From NCBI GenBank assembly GCA_038229875.1, contig JBBROA010000004.1, positions 161 to 64,160 of the forward strand: DNA of 64,000 nucleotides, given 5' to 3'. The translations under genes were made by a program, and so were the position numbers. This DNA is from Thermoanaerobaculia bacterium. GTDB lineage: Bacteria > Acidobacteriota > Thermoanaerobaculia > UBA5066 > Gp7-AA6. Every line of letters starts with the position of its first letter. The stretch's first letter is position 1. The notes under the pieces were generated by a model. It was not told the origin of the DNA and did no database searches. It saw only the letters and a list, made by a program, of their open reading frames with translations. Below are positions 9,707 to 20,984 of this stretch, piece by piece.

Positions 9707-10087
9707 ATGAAGATGAAGCGGCTGATCCCGATGCTGCCCGTGAGAAACATGCCCGCGAGCGTCGAGTTCTATCGGAAGCTCGGCTTCAGCACTGAGAAAA
9801 GAAATGATAGCTGGCGGTGGGCAATGCTCTCCTTTGGCGAGTGCCGTCTGATGGTCGATGAATCCATAAACGTTCACCCGGACGCCCCTCGCACTTCCGT
9901 TCTCTACCTCTATCCGGATGACATTTCTGAGTTTCACCAGGAAGTTCGCAGAAACGGCCTCGTGGTGCCGGATCTGGAGGTCTCCTTTTACGGCATGACC
10001 GAATTACGGATCGACGACCCGGACGGGAATCGGCTGTGGATCGGGCAAGACGCTTCAGATGCGGCGCAGCCGCTGAGCAGGCGTTAG
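9707..10087 (+). CDS. VOC/glyoxalase family protein
   Basis: IPMLPVRNMPASVEFYRKLGF...YGMTELRIDDPDGNRLWIGQ. Confidence 0.8.
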   Translation: MKMKRLIPMLPVRNMPASVEFYRKLGFSTEKRNDSWRWAMLSFGECRLMVDESINVHPDAPRTSVLYLYPDDISEFHQEVRRNGLVVPDLEVSFYGMTELRIDDPDGNRLWIGQDASDAAQPLSRR

Positions 10088-10122
10088 GCCCGGTTGAGGC
10101 GCGTCGTCCGGCCCACTCTGGC

Positions 10123-10314
10123 ATGCAGATTCCCACCCTTCACACCGATCGACTGACGCTGGTTCCACCGTGCGCTGACAGCGAGCCTCTGACTCTCGAC
10201 GACGAGTTCTTCACCGACGCTGCGGCCTCTTCCGAATGTCAAATGACTCGGGGCCAGTCGCGATCTCCCGTCGGGCGCTGGTCGGACCCGGCTGGATGGA
10301 TGCGTGAAAAGTGA
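10123..10314 (+). pseudogene. possible N-terminal remnant of a RimJ/RimL-type GNAT acetyltransferase
   Basis: MQIPTLHTDRLTLVPP matches the usual GNAT N-terminus. The rest is unrelated low-complexity sequence. Confidence 0.3.
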
Positions 10315-10366
10315 GCGGAGATGATCCGCGTGCGATGCCAGGCGGGACGCATTCAGGGAAACCGCA

Positions 10367-10834
10367 TTGTTACGGATAGTCCAGGCCCTGACCGCGGACG
10401 ACGTGACGACCGTCCGAACACTTCTGCTTGAATACCAGAAGCTTCTCGGCATCGATCTCTCCTTCCAGGACTTCGAGGCCGAGGTGAATGGTCTGCCGGG
10501 TCCCTATGCTCCGCCCGGCGGCCGTCTCCTGCTCGCGACGCACGACGGTGTCGTTGTCGGATGCGTGGCTCTCCGCGCCGCCGCTCCGTCGCAATCGGAG
10601 ATGAAGCGCCTGTATGTGCGGCCGGCCGCGAGGGGACTTGGAGTCGGCAGGGCGCTCGTCTCTCAGGTCTTGAGCGAGGCCCGGGCAATAGGGTACTCGG
10701 AGATCGTGCTCGACACGCTGCCCTCCATGGTAGAAGCCCAGCGCCTCTACGAGCAGTTGGGCTTCCACGACGTCCCGGCCTATCGCCCGAATCCGGTCGT
10801 CGGGACGCGTTATCTCGCGAAATCCCTGCTCTGA
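10367..10834 (+). CDS. GNAT-family N-acetyltransferase
   Basis: TTG start. VVGCVALR...MKRLYVRPAARGLGVGRALV...LYEQLGF contains the acetyl-CoA motif A. Confidence 0.85.
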   Translation: MLRIVQALTADDVTTVRTLLLEYQKLLGIDLSFQDFEAEVNGLPGPYAPPGGRLLLATHDGVVVGCVALRAAAPSQSEMKRLYVRPAARGLGVGRALVSQVLSEARAIGYSEIVLDTLPSMVEAQRLYEQLGFHDVPAYRPNPVVGTRYLAKSLL

Positions 10835-11053
10835 CCTTTTGCGAGAGCTGGCGTGCGCGGCGCCGTAGCCGGTATCGTCAGGCCGAGGTCAAGGTGAATC
10901 TTCTTCTGCTGAAGCCGTACCGGACGCCGCTGTGAACTTGCACCGCTGCTCCACCAGGAGAGGCGGCCGGAGCTCGCGCGCCGGGCAACCCTCCCGCGGC
11001 CGTGTAAGTCCAGCCCCGGAGGCTCAACGTCGACCGAGTCCTCCATCGCGAGG

Positions 11054-11587
11054 TTGACTGTGCCGACCGCTCCTGATATCCGAACCTCAATCCTTGCGGC
11101 ATGGAAGACCAACAACCGGGTCACCGTTTTTCTCATCGAGAACCTGCCCTCACCGGTCTGGGGAGCGGCCGTTCCGGGCGCGCCGCGCCGCACAGTCCGC
11201 ATGATTGCCGGACACATGCATAACGCGCGGTGCATGTGGATCAAAATGGTCGGACAGGAGCACGGCGTTGCGGTGCCTGCCCGCGTCGATCGCAGGAGAG
11301 TCAGTCGAAAGGAGCTGGTGTCGGCGCTCGAGCGGAGCAGCCGTGGCATCAGCGACCTTTTGGGGCTGGGGTTCGACCGCGGCGGCAGCATCCCGATCCC
11401 ATCGACGTACGTCTGGCGCAACCTCCCCCTGGATGTCGGCCACGTTCTCACCTATTTGGTCGCGCATGAGGGCCATCACCGCGGGCAGATCGTCCTGCTC
11501 GCGCGCCAGCTGGGACATCGCCTTTCGGAATCGACCACGGGCGGCCTCTGGCAGTGGACGAAGCGCGCGAAAGAGGCTGGACGATGA
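11054..11587 (+). CDS. DinB-family protein
   Basis: RMIAGHMHNAR...YLVAHEGHHRGQIVLLARQLG shows the His-triad four-helix-bundle signature. Confidence 0.8.
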   Translation: MTVPTAPDIRTSILAAWKTNNRVTVFLIENLPSPVWGAAVPGAPRRTVRMIAGHMHNARCMWIKMVGQEHGVAVPARVDRRRVSRKELVSALERSSRGISDLLGLGFDRGGSIPIPSTYVWRNLPLDVGHVLTYLVAHEGHHRGQIVLLARQLGHRLSESTTGGLWQWTKRAKEAGR

Positions 11588-11638
11588 GTCCCCGAGCTGC
11601 GCCCGCAGCACGACCGCTGATCCTGGCCCGACCTTCTG

Positions 11639-12050
11639 ATGGTCATTCATGAGGCCAACGACTCGAAGCCCGCGCCGCCGGACCGGTTCCGTTACAGAGG
11701 CGGCCTCGTTCCATTTTCTGCTCCCCCGGAGCGGAAGAAGGCCGCCTCGTTTGCGGAGCTGGCAACCAACAGACCTTGCGCACGCGCTGGTCACCGAGTA
11801 CAGCTCCGGTACGGCGATCGGGTGGCATCGAGACAGGGGAGTCTTTGGCGACGTGATCGGCATTTCTCTTCGGTCGTCCTGCGTGTTCCGTCTTCGTCGC
11901 AAGGCCGGATCAACATGCGAACGTCATTCATTGACGGTTGAGCCCCGCTCCGCCTATCTGCTTCGCGGCGCCGCGCGAACCGAGTGGGAGCACAGCATTC
12001 CGGCCGTTCCGGCATTTCGGTACTCGGTCACCTTTCGGAGCCTCCGGTGA
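11639..12050 (+). pseudogene. AlkB-like 2OG/Fe(II) dioxygenase remnant (internal deletion plus frameshift)
   Basis: The C-terminal ALVTEYSSGTAIGWHRDRGVFGDVIGISL...EPRSAYLLRGAARTEWEHSIPAV..RYSVTFRSL is intact in frame 11649. The N-terminal PDRFRY...AASFAEL piece is in frame 11639, and about 75 aa of the expected core are missing. Confidence 0.55.
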
Positions 12051-12091
12051 ACGCGCGCCTTCCGGCTTCGATAGGCTTCCGCAGCGTGCGG

Positions 12092-12958
12092 ATGAGCGTT
12101 GGCGCTTTCCTGACTGTGTTCACAACGCTCAAAACCGGCCACGCCGCAGCCCCGCCTGTCACGCCGGGGTTGACGGCTCCGCCGGCCGCGTCTGCGCAGC
12201 CGGCGCCCGCACTCGAACCGGTCCTGCCCCACCAGACCTGGACGATCGACTCTCGGGTGCTGGGCGAGACCCGACGCATCTACGTTTACACGCCACCCGG
12301 CTATGACAGCGCCCGCAGCGCCCGATTTCCGGTGCTGTACATGCCCGACGGAGGAGTCGAAGAGGATTTTCCGCACGTCACGCGAGACGTCGATTCAGCC
12401 ATTCGGGCGGGCGAGATGCGTCCGGTGATCGTCGTCGGGATCGAGAACACGGAGCGACGCCGCGACATGACCGGACCGACCGGGGTCGAGGAAGACAGGA
12501 AGATCGCCCCGCGAGTGGGCGGCTCGAGCAATTTTCGAGCTTTCATCCGCGACGAGCTCATGCCGGTGGTCCGTGAGCGCGTGCGCGGCAACGGCCAGAC
12601 AGCCATCGTCGGCGAGTCGCTCGCGGGCCTGTTCGTTCTCGAGACGTTCTTCGAAGAACCGCGTCTCTTCGGCACCTGGATCGCCTTCAGTCCGAGTCTC
12701 TGGTGGAACGGACAGGCGCTCGTGCGCGGCGCCGAACGGCATTTGAAGGGGGAGCCGCGGCTGACCGGGACCCTCTATCTGGCAGTCGCCGGCGACGACG
12801 ACCGTGGAGATGCGGTCAAGGCGATGGCCGCGATCCTGCGCGCCGCGGCGCCAAAAGGTTTGAAGTGGTTTTACGAACCGCGACCCGATCTGACGCACAG
12901 TACGATTTACGGCGGGGCGTCGCCCGGGGCGTTTCGCAAGGTGTTTCCGCCGCGATGA
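12092..12958 (+). CDS. alpha/beta-hydrolase, putative-esterase (enterochelin-esterase-like) family, exported
   Basis: FPVLYMPDGG...IVGESLAGLF (GxSxG)...SPSLWW. Internal ATG at 12092 of ORF 11984-12958. Confidence 0.8.
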   Translation: MSVGAFLTVFTTLKTGHAAAPPVTPGLTAPPAASAQPAPALEPVLPHQTWTIDSRVLGETRRIYVYTPPGYDSARSARFPVLYMPDGGVEEDFPHVTRDVDSAIRAGEMRPVIVVGIENTERRRDMTGPTGVEEDRKIAPRVGGSSNFRAFIRDELMPVVRERVRGNGQTAIVGESLAGLFVLETFFEEPRLFGTWIAFSPSLWWNGQALVRGAERHLKGEPRLTGTLYLAVAGDDDRGDAVKAMAAILRAAAPKGLKWFYEPRPDLTHSTIYGGASPGAFRKVFPPR

Positions 12959-13168
12959 GAACCCGTCTCGACGCGCGAGGTCTTCGTGCTCGAGCGAATG
13001 CGGCAGGAGGACCGAGAGCCCGGGTCGTTTCGTCGATGACCGAGGGACGCCCAGTGATCGTGCGAGGGTAGATTAGGGCATGCGGTAGGGGCTGTCGAGC
13101 CGAGCGAGGAGGGCTTTCGTGTCTCCTTCCCTGAGGTTCGAGGGTCGGACGTCACGGTTCGACGGACC

Positions 13169-14155
13169 ATGAGAGCCGCCGTCTATACGAGGTACGGCCC
13201 TCCCGAAGTCCTCTCGATCGAGGAAGTCAAAAAGCCCGTTCCCCGGGACAATGAAGTCCTCGTGCGCGTTCATGGGGCGACGGTTTGCGCGGCGGATTGG
13301 AGAATGAGGAAAGCCGATCCGTTCCTCATCAGATTCATGAACGGCTTCCGGGCGCCAAAGATCCACATACTCGGGACGGAGTTCGCCGGAACGGTCGAGT
13401 CCACAGGGAAAACCGTGACCCGGTTCCGGGTGGGCGATCAGGTGTTTGGGTCGACCGGGTTCAAATTTGGCACGCATGCGGAATACGTCTGCGTGCCGGA
13501 GGATGGCTCCATCGCGGTCAAGCCGGTCAACATGCCGCTGGACGAAGCGGCGGCGATCCTGTTTGGCGGGGTGTCCGCGCTGCATTTCCTGCGGAAGGCA
13601 AAGGTCCAGGCGGGGCAGGAGGTCCTCATCTACGGAGCGTCCGGGAGTGTCGGGGTGTTCGCGGTTCAGCTCGCGAAGCACTTCGGGGCGCACGTCACAG
13701 CGGTGTGCAGCGCCGCCAATCTGGACATGGTGAAGTCTCTGGGCGCCGACGAGGTGGTCGACTACACCACGGAGGATTTCTCTAAAGCCGGCCGGGTCTA
13801 CGACGTCGTCTTCGACACGGTCGGCAAAAGCGGTTTCTCTCGCAGCCTGAAATGTCTCAAGCGAGGCGGCGCGTATGTCCTGGTCGGCGGGTCCGGGAGA
13901 CTCTCCTCCATTTTCGAGCTCGTCTTTCGAGGGATGTTCGTGTCACTCACGGGCGCTGCAAGAGTCATCAGCGGCGTGGCCCGCTCGGCCCCTGGCGATC
14001 AGTCGTTTCTGAAGGGACTGATCGAGGCGGGAAAGCTCAGAACGGTGATCGTGAGACGCTATCCACTCGACGAGATTGCCGAGGCGCACCGGCATGCGGA
14101 GGCGGGACACAAGAAGGGTCACGTCGTCGTACTCCTCGACCAGACGACCCGATGA
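13169..14155 (+). CDS. NAD(P)-dependent medium-chain dehydrogenase/quinone oxidoreductase
   Basis: MRAAVYTRYGPPEVL...GASGSVGVFAVQLAK Rossmann motif; 328 aa. Confidence 0.9.
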   Translation: MRAAVYTRYGPPEVLSIEEVKKPVPRDNEVLVRVHGATVCAADWRMRKADPFLIRFMNGFRAPKIHILGTEFAGTVESTGKTVTRFRVGDQVFGSTGFKFGTHAEYVCVPEDGSIAVKPVNMPLDEAAAILFGGVSALHFLRKAKVQAGQEVLIYGASGSVGVFAVQLAKHFGAHVTAVCSAANLDMVKSLGADEVVDYTTEDFSKAGRVYDVVFDTVGKSGFSRSLKCLKRGGAYVLVGGSGRLSSIFELVFRGMFVSLTGAARVISGVARSAPGDQSFLKGLIEAGKLRTVIVRRYPLDEIAEAHRHAEAGHKKGHVVVLLDQTTR

Positions 14156-14207
14156 CCTTCGCCGTCAGGGCGGAGCCCCTGTCGGACGCTGAGGAGACGA
14201 TGAACCC

Positions 14208-14651
14208 ATGAGGAATCCCGACACGGGTGCAGCGACTTTCCAGCCGCCGCAAATGGGCAGACCTCTCCTCACCGCCTCCGGCGCCGTGTTGGGGATTCTT
14301 GGCCTGGCATGTCTTTTCGCGCCGGACGAAGTGCTCGGACGGCTGGGTCAGCCAGCGGCGGCGCCGGGTGGTGTGCTGGCCCAGCTCTTCGGAGCCGCTC
14401 TCCTCGGACTCGCCCTTCTCGATTGGGTCTCGAGGCATTCGCCTCTAGGCGGAATCTATGCGCGACCCCTGGCGGTCGTGAATTTCGTCCATTTCGGGAT
14501 CGGGTCTCTGGTCCTGGGTCGACATCTTGCCGGCCATCGGCAGGGCTCCGGCGTCTTATGGGCGTTGCTGGCGATCTATGCCGTTCTGGGATCCGGATTC
14601 GCCTCGGCGCTGTTCCGGCGGCGGCGTGGCGATGCGCCTGGTTCCCGATAG
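14208..14651 (+). CDS. hypothetical integral membrane protein
   Basis: 147 aa, four hydrophobic helices, GC3-rich codon usage. No recognised family. Confidence 0.5.
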   Translation: MRNPDTGAATFQPPQMGRPLLTASGAVLGILGLACLFAPDEVLGRLGQPAAAPGGVLAQLFGAALLGLALLDWVSRHSPLGGIYARPLAVVNFVHFGIGSLVLGRHLAGHRQGSGVLWALLAIYAVLGSGFASALFRRRRGDAPGSR

Positions 14652-14825
14652 CCGAGTTCTTTGAGCAGCGGTTTGACCCCAGAACCACGCACGGGATGTG
14701 CCCGGTATTCTTTGCCGATCAGAGCCAGACGGGCGACGTAGTCTGTCTTCGCTTCGCGACCGTCGCCGCTGAGCCATTGCCGTCGGGTCTCGAGGACACT
14801 CATGTTGTGAACAGGGAGAAACGAA

Positions 14826-15149
14826 ATGACGACAATCGAAAAGGGCAGCGGGGTGCTGACGCTCATCAACGTGTTCACCGTCGAACCGGCGAAGCAGCAG
14901 GAGCTGGTGAGGCTCCTGATTGAAGCCACCGATAAAACGATGAAGCGGCTGCCGGGCTTTGTATCCGCCAACATTCATCGCAGCCTGGATGGAAAAAAGG
15001 TCGTGAATTACGCCCAGTGGGAAAGCATGGCGGCCTTCGAAGCCATGCGGAAAGACCCAGGGGCAGCTCCCCACATGCAGGCCGCCGCCGCGCTGGCTCA
15101 GTTCGAACCGATCCTGTGCGAGGTGTCGGATGTCATGAGCGCGCGCTAG
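14826..15149 (+). CDS. antibiotic-biosynthesis-monooxygenase (ABM) family protein
   Basis: 107 aa; LINVFTVEP...FVSANIHRSLDGKKVVNYAQWES..AF ferredoxin-like ABM pattern. Confidence 0.8.
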   Translation: MTTIEKGSGVLTLINVFTVEPAKQQELVRLLIEATDKTMKRLPGFVSANIHRSLDGKKVVNYAQWESMAAFEAMRKDPGAAPHMQAAAALAQFEPILCEVSDVMSAR

Positions 15150-15429
15150 GAGGATGTCCGAACGACCGCGGGCCCCGGTGTGGCGAGCGTCCAGGCGTTC
15201 GTCCCATACAAAGGGATCCCGGCGGGCGGAGGGGAGCTGATCGCGACGCGGAACCGGTTGACGTGGATCCTCCGGCAGCCAGCCGGCGCGTGGAAAATTC
15301 GTTCATGGGCAGAACTAGGCGCTTTTCGATTTCGGGACATGGAAGGTCATCCTTCAGGCGCCCGAAGCAGATCAAACGTCCTGACACGTACGAAGATGCG
15401 GCGGCTGATTTCGCGCGCGCCGCCGCGCG

Positions 15430-15915
15430 TCACTTTGCGGGCGGTGCCGCGGGAGGGAGCGGAGTCCTCGAGTACAAGCCGATCGGATGCCCGGCCGGAT
15501 CGAGGACGAGCCCGATGGCTCCGGTGCCGTCCGGGAGGTTGAACGGAAATCCGGGCGCGACGGTCCCCCCGAGGTCGGTTGCCTTTTTGCAGCTGCCCGG
15601 AAGGTCGGCGACCTGGACATAGACGACGCCGTTGAACGGGGTGATCTTGCCGTCTGCAGAGCGAATCGTCCCGATCGCTGTGCCGCCCGCGACGATCTCC
15701 GCCGCCTGGTCGGTGCCCTTCACCGGATTGAATTGCCAGCTGAAGAGCTTGCCGTAGAAGTCCTTCGATCGCGCGATGTCGGTCGTCGTGATATCGAACC
15801 ACGCGATCCGACCCGGTCCGACATCGGCGGGGAGACTCTTGCGCGCCTGTCCGGGCAGGTTGCCGGTCGCGAGGGTCAGAGTCAGGGTCGTCGCCGCGAG
15901 GATCGTGTACCGCAT
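15430..15915 (-). CDS. secreted VOC/glyoxalase family protein
   Basis: Signal peptide, then IAWFDITTTDIARSKDFYGKLFSW...GLVLDPAGHPIGLY. Confidence 0.8.
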   Translation of the reverse strand: MRYTILAATTLTLTLATGNLPGQARKSLPADVGPGRIAWFDITTTDIARSKDFYGKLFSWQFNPVKGTDQAAEIVAGGTAIGTIRSADGKITPFNGVVYVQVADLPGSCKKATDLGGTVAPGFPFNLPDGTGAIGLVLDPAGHPIGLYSRTPLPPAAPPAK

Positions 15916-16241
15916 CGTGTCCTCCTCAAATCAATGTATGAACGGCCGCTCCTGCCGCCTCTTCGGATTGCGTCAATCTATCGCCATTCGCGAGGCACGC
16001 CGGGCCGCAGGCATCGAGGAGGTGTGATGATTGGAAGGATGCAGTCCGGCGAGGACTCTGGCACCGCGTTCGTTCTCAGTCGAGTCCCGCTTCGGGCCGC
16101 CCTCCTGAGGTGAGTGATGCTCGATCGAATCCGCGACGGCCGCCGGCCAATCTGACTCCCGGCCCCGGCCACCGCCTCCGCGCACTTTGAGACCTCGCGG
16201 AATCGCAGAATCTATTATCTTGGCCGACTGGGAGGAGAGCC

Positions 16242-16778
16242 GTGGATTTTGAAATGGACGCCGCCCTGCCTGTTCTTCGGCGGACGCCCGCCGTTCTCCG
16301 CGCGCTGCTCCTCGATCTCCCGGACGCCTGGATCCGTGGCACCGAGGGCCCCGGAACGTGGAGCCCGTTCGACGTCGTCGGCCACCTGATCCACGCCGAT
16401 CGCACCAACTGGATGACCCGCGTTGAGCACCTGCTCCGTCACGGAGACTCGACTCCTTTCCCGCCGTTCGATCGCGAGGGGATGTTTGCCGCGTCGAAGG
16501 GGCTCTCGGTCGACGGGCTTCTGGACACCTTTGCCCGGCTGCGCCCCGAGAGCCTGGAGCGGCTCGCCGAGCTCAATCTGACGGAGGTTGACCTCGAGCG
16601 TCCCGGCAGGCATCCCGACTTCGGCCGGGTGACGCTGCGCCAGCTCCTCGCGACGTGGGTCGCCCATGATCTCGACCACCTCGCTCAGGTCGTTCGCGTC
16701 CTGGCGCGGCAGTACTCGACCGCCGTCGGTCCATGGCAGGCTTACCTGTCGGTTCTTCGGGAGAAACGGAGCTCATGA
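16242..16778 (+). CDS. DinB-family protein
   Basis: GTG start. WSPFDVVGHLIHAD...LLATWVAHDLDHLAQVVRVL. Confidence 0.8.
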   Translation: MDFEMDAALPVLRRTPAVLRALLLDLPDAWIRGTEGPGTWSPFDVVGHLIHADRTNWMTRVEHLLRHGDSTPFPPFDREGMFAASKGLSVDGLLDTFARLRPESLERLAELNLTEVDLERPGRHPDFGRVTLRQLLATWVAHDLDHLAQVVRVLARQYSTAVGPWQAYLSVLREKRSS

Positions 16779-16954
16779 AAGCCTACGTCGTGACGACCGG
16801 CGCGCTCTTCGCCATTTTGACGGTGGCGCACCTCGCCCGCATGGTCCAGGAACCGCACCTCGCCACGGATCCCTGGTATGTGAGCCTCACCGTCGCCGCG
16901 GCGCTGATGTGTCTCTGGGCCTGGCGCGTCCTGAGGGGTACGAGCAAGCAATGA
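16775..16954 (+). CDS. small two-helix membrane protein
   Basis: The ATG at 16775 overlaps the upstream stop (ATGA), and its own stop overlaps the next ATG. MKAYVVTTGALFAILTVAHLARM... Confidence 0.5.
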   Translation: MKAYVVTTGALFAILTVAHLARMVQEPHLATDPWYVSLTVAAALMCLWAWRVLRGTSKQ

Positions 16955-17493
16955 GGACCGGCTCTCCTGAACGCACGGAGCAGATGAAACGCCTCTCCGA
17001 TACTGTCGAGATCCGGCTCGCGGCGATCGCCGACGCGGGCGCGTTCGCGCGGATCTACAACTTCTATGTCGGGGAGACCATCGTCACGTTCGAGGAAGAG
17101 CCGGTGACGGATGCCGACATGGCCGATCGTCTCGAAGAAGTCCGAAAGGCAGCCCTTCCCTGGCTCGCGGCGGAGCACGGCGGCCAGGTCGTCGGATACG
17201 CCTGTGCTACGAAATGGAAGTCGCGCCGCGGATATCGGTTCTCGGCGGAGGTGAGCGTCTATCTCGACCACGACCGGGGCGGCCGCGGTATCGGATCGCT
17301 TCTGTACGCGCGGCTTCTCGAGATCCTGCAGGGGCAGGGATACCACGCGGCAATGGGCGGAGTCGCCCTGCCGAACGAGGCGAGCGTGGCGCTCCACGAG
17401 AAATTCGGGTTTGAAAAGGTCGCGCATTTTCGCGACGTCGGATTCAAGTTCGGCCAATGGATCGACGTCGCGTACTGGGAGAAGGTCCTGTGA
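16951..17493 (+). CDS. GNAT acetyltransferase, phosphinothricin-acetyltransferase-like
   Basis: IRLAAIADAGAFARIYNFYV...TFEEEPV...RGGRGIGSLLYARLLE...HEKFGFEKV. Confidence 0.85.
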   Translation: MRTGSPERTEQMKRLSDTVEIRLAAIADAGAFARIYNFYVGETIVTFEEEPVTDADMADRLEEVRKAALPWLAAEHGGQVVGYACATKWKSRRGYRFSAEVSVYLDHDRGGRGIGSLLYARLLEILQGQGYHAAMGGVALPNEASVALHEKFGFEKVAHFRDVGFKFGQWIDVAYWEKVL

Positions 17494-17530
17494 TCATGAT
17501 TGGGCTACTTCTCAACGGGATCCGCTCTGC

Positions 17531-18160
17531 ATGACGCGCTCCCTGGAGTCCCTCGAGAGGCTCATCGAGGGGAACCGGCGGTTCGCCTCCGGCGCCCCGG
17601 AGTCGGCGAATCGACTGGGTCAGGACCGCCGGTTCGAGTTGATCGACAACCAGGAGCCGTTCGCGATCATCCTCGGGTGCTCCGACTCCCGCGTGCCCGC
17701 CGAGATCGTGTTCGACCAGGGCCTCGGAGATCTCTTCGTGATCCGCGTCGCCGGCAACATCGTGGCGTCGTCTCAGGTGGGCAGCGTGGAGTTCGCCGCG
17801 GAGCGGTTCGGCACTCGTCTCGTGGTCGTTCTGGGGCACTCGAAGTGCGGGGCGGTCCTGGCGACCCTCGAAGACCTTCGCGACACGGACCCGTCACACT
17901 CGCGGCACCTTCGCGCGATCGTCGATCGGGTCCGGCCGCCCGTGGAAAAACTTCTCGCGGAGCGTGGACAGTGGGATCCCGAGGAGCTCGTCCGCCGCGC
18001 GGTGCGCGCCAACATCGAGGCGTCGACGGACCAACTGAGGCACGGCTCGCCTTTGCTCGAGAAGCTCATCCGCGACGACGGTCTGCTGGTCGTCGGGGCC
18101 GAATACGCGCTGCACACGGGCCTCGTCGAGTTCTTTTCCGAGGGCGGGGACACGCTCTGA
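17531..18160 (+). CDS. beta-class carbonic anhydrase
   Basis: GNRRFASG..., GCSDSRVPAE and VLGHSKCGAV zinc-ligand motifs. Internal ATG at 17531. Confidence 0.9.
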   Translation: MTRSLESLERLIEGNRRFASGAPESANRLGQDRRFELIDNQEPFAIILGCSDSRVPAEIVFDQGLGDLFVIRVAGNIVASSQVGSVEFAAERFGTRLVVVLGHSKCGAVLATLEDLRDTDPSHSRHLRAIVDRVRPPVEKLLAERGQWDPEELVRRAVRANIEASTDQLRHGSPLLEKLIRDDGLLVVGAEYALHTGLVEFFSEGGDTL

Positions 18161-18241
18161 CGTTGCGCACTCCGCTGGCGCGATCTCCCTGAAATATGCT
18201 CGGTTCCAAATCCGTACGATGTCAAAGAGGGAAGGGCATCC

Positions 18242-18730
18242 ATGCCTCGACGCGCTCAGTCACTCGCCGACCGGATCGAAGAAGGGGCCGTGGCTCTGGC
18301 CTCCTTCGCCGAAGGTGTCTCCGATTCGGAGTGGCGGACGCCCATGGCGAACGGTCAGGACCGGCGCCCGGTTGGCGTCGTCGTGCACCACGTCGCCAGC
18401 GTTTACCCGATCGAGATCGATCTCGCGAAGACGATCGCCGGAGGGAAGGCCGTGACCGACGTCACCTGGGAGGCCGTCGCCGACATGAACGCCGGACACG
18501 CCAGGGACCAGGCGGCGGCCGCGACGGCGGAGACGCTCGAGCTGCTGCGCCGAAACAGCCGTCAGGCCGCGGACGCGGTCCGGGCCTTGACCGACGACGA
18601 GCTCGACCGCGCGGCCCCGTTTTCGCTCGCGTTCGGGGCGCCGGTCACCTCCCAGTTCGTCATCGAGGACCACGCCCTGCGGCACAGCTGGCACCACCTC
18701 GCCCGCATCCGCGCCGCGCTCCGCCGATAA
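18242..18730 (+). CDS. DinB-family protein
   Basis: VVVHHVASVY...VIEDHALRHSWHHLARI. Confidence 0.75.
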   Translation: MPRRAQSLADRIEEGAVALASFAEGVSDSEWRTPMANGQDRRPVGVVVHHVASVYPIEIDLAKTIAGGKAVTDVTWEAVADMNAGHARDQAAAATAETLELLRRNSRQAADAVRALTDDELDRAAPFSLAFGAPVTSQFVIEDHALRHSWHHLARIRAALRR

Positions 18731-18838
18731 CTGCGCCCGGGTCAGTCCCTGGCCCTCGCGGGCGAGTGCGGCGGGGGGTTTGGGGAGCCTCAGGGTCCGC
18801 TCGCGTTAGAATCATCGTTCCAATTCTGGAGGAGAACC

Positions 18839-19714
18839 ATGTCGCTTCTGGTCAAGTTCAACTTGATCTTGATCCTGTGTGTCGCCATCGCCCTCGTACC
18901 CGCTCACCTCATCACGCAGGACCTTCTTCAAAAGAACGCCCGATCCCAGGTCGTTCAGCACGCCCGCCTGATGATGCAGACCGCCCTCGCGACGCGGGGC
19001 TACACGAACAAGCAGATCAAGCCGCTGCTCGCCGGGCGATTGAGCGAAGAGTTCCTGCCGCAGACCATTCCGGCGTATTCCGCGACGGAGATCTTCAACA
19101 CGATCCGGGAGACGCACCCCGAGTACATGTACAAAGAGGCGACACTCAACCCGACCAATCCGCGCGACCGGACGGTCGACTGGGAAGCTGACGTGGTCAA
19201 CGCCTTCCGGGCGGACACCAAGCTCCCGGAGATCATCGGCGAGCGGGACGCGCCTCTCGGGCGCGCGCTCTATCTGGCCCGGCCGATTACGATCACCGAT
19301 CCCGGGTGCCTGTCCTGCCACACGAGTCCCGAGATGACTCCCGCCTCGGTCGTCAGGAGATACGGGACGGCCGGCGGATACGGATGGAAGCTGCACGAGA
19401 TCATCGGCGCGCAGATCGTGTCCGTCCCGATGGCGGTCCCTCTCAACATGGCGCAGCAGGCGCATCGCGCGATGCTGGCGTCGCTCGTGGGAATCTTCGC
19501 GTTCATCCTCGTGCTATTGAACCTCCTGCTCTGGTTCTTCATCATTCGCCCGATCCGGCGGTTGTCGCAGATGGCGGACGCGGTCTCGATGGGCAACCTC
19601 GAAGCGCCCGAAGTTTCGTTCAGAAACCAGGACGAGGTCGGCGTCCTCGCGGGATCGTTCAACCGGATGCGTATCAGTCTCGTGAAGGCCCTGAAAATGC
19701 TCGAAGAGGAGTAG
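18839..19714 (+). CDS. membrane sensor: DUF3365 (Tll0287-like, CxxCH heme-c) periplasmic domain + TM + HAMP, with no output domain
   Basis: N-terminal TM; IPAYSATEIF, NPTNPRDRTVDWEA and CLSCH heme-binding motif; second TM followed by HAMP (IIRPIRRLSQMADAVSMGNL...EVGVLAGSFNRM). The ORF ends right after HAMP. Confidence 0.8.
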   Translation: MSLLVKFNLILILCVAIALVPAHLITQDLLQKNARSQVVQHARLMMQTALATRGYTNKQIKPLLAGRLSEEFLPQTIPAYSATEIFNTIRETHPEYMYKEATLNPTNPRDRTVDWEADVVNAFRADTKLPEIIGERDAPLGRALYLARPITITDPGCLSCHTSPEMTPASVVRRYGTAGGYGWKLHEIIGAQIVSVPMAVPLNMAQQAHRAMLASLVGIFAFILVLLNLLLWFFIIRPIRRLSQMADAVSMGNLEAPEVSFRNQDEVGVLAGSFNRMRISLVKALKMLEEE

Positions 19715-19739
19715 GCAGGGTGTTTTATACGGGCGGCGT

Positions 19740-20984
<1,245 letters not shown>

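Noticed and set aside
14650-14803. Minus-strand ORF starting MSVLETRRQWLSGDGREAKTDYVARLALIGKEY, divergent from the ABM gene
   Set aside because: It is short, has no recognisable family, and its 3' part overlaps the membrane-protein gene at 14208-14651. It may be a remnant.
15150-15310. DUF4440/SnoaL-like C-terminal remnant (...GGGELIATRNRLTWILRQPAGAWKI...)
   Set aside because: Only about 40 residues resemble the family. There is no start or N-terminal half. It is probably a decayed fragment and is too weak to annotate.
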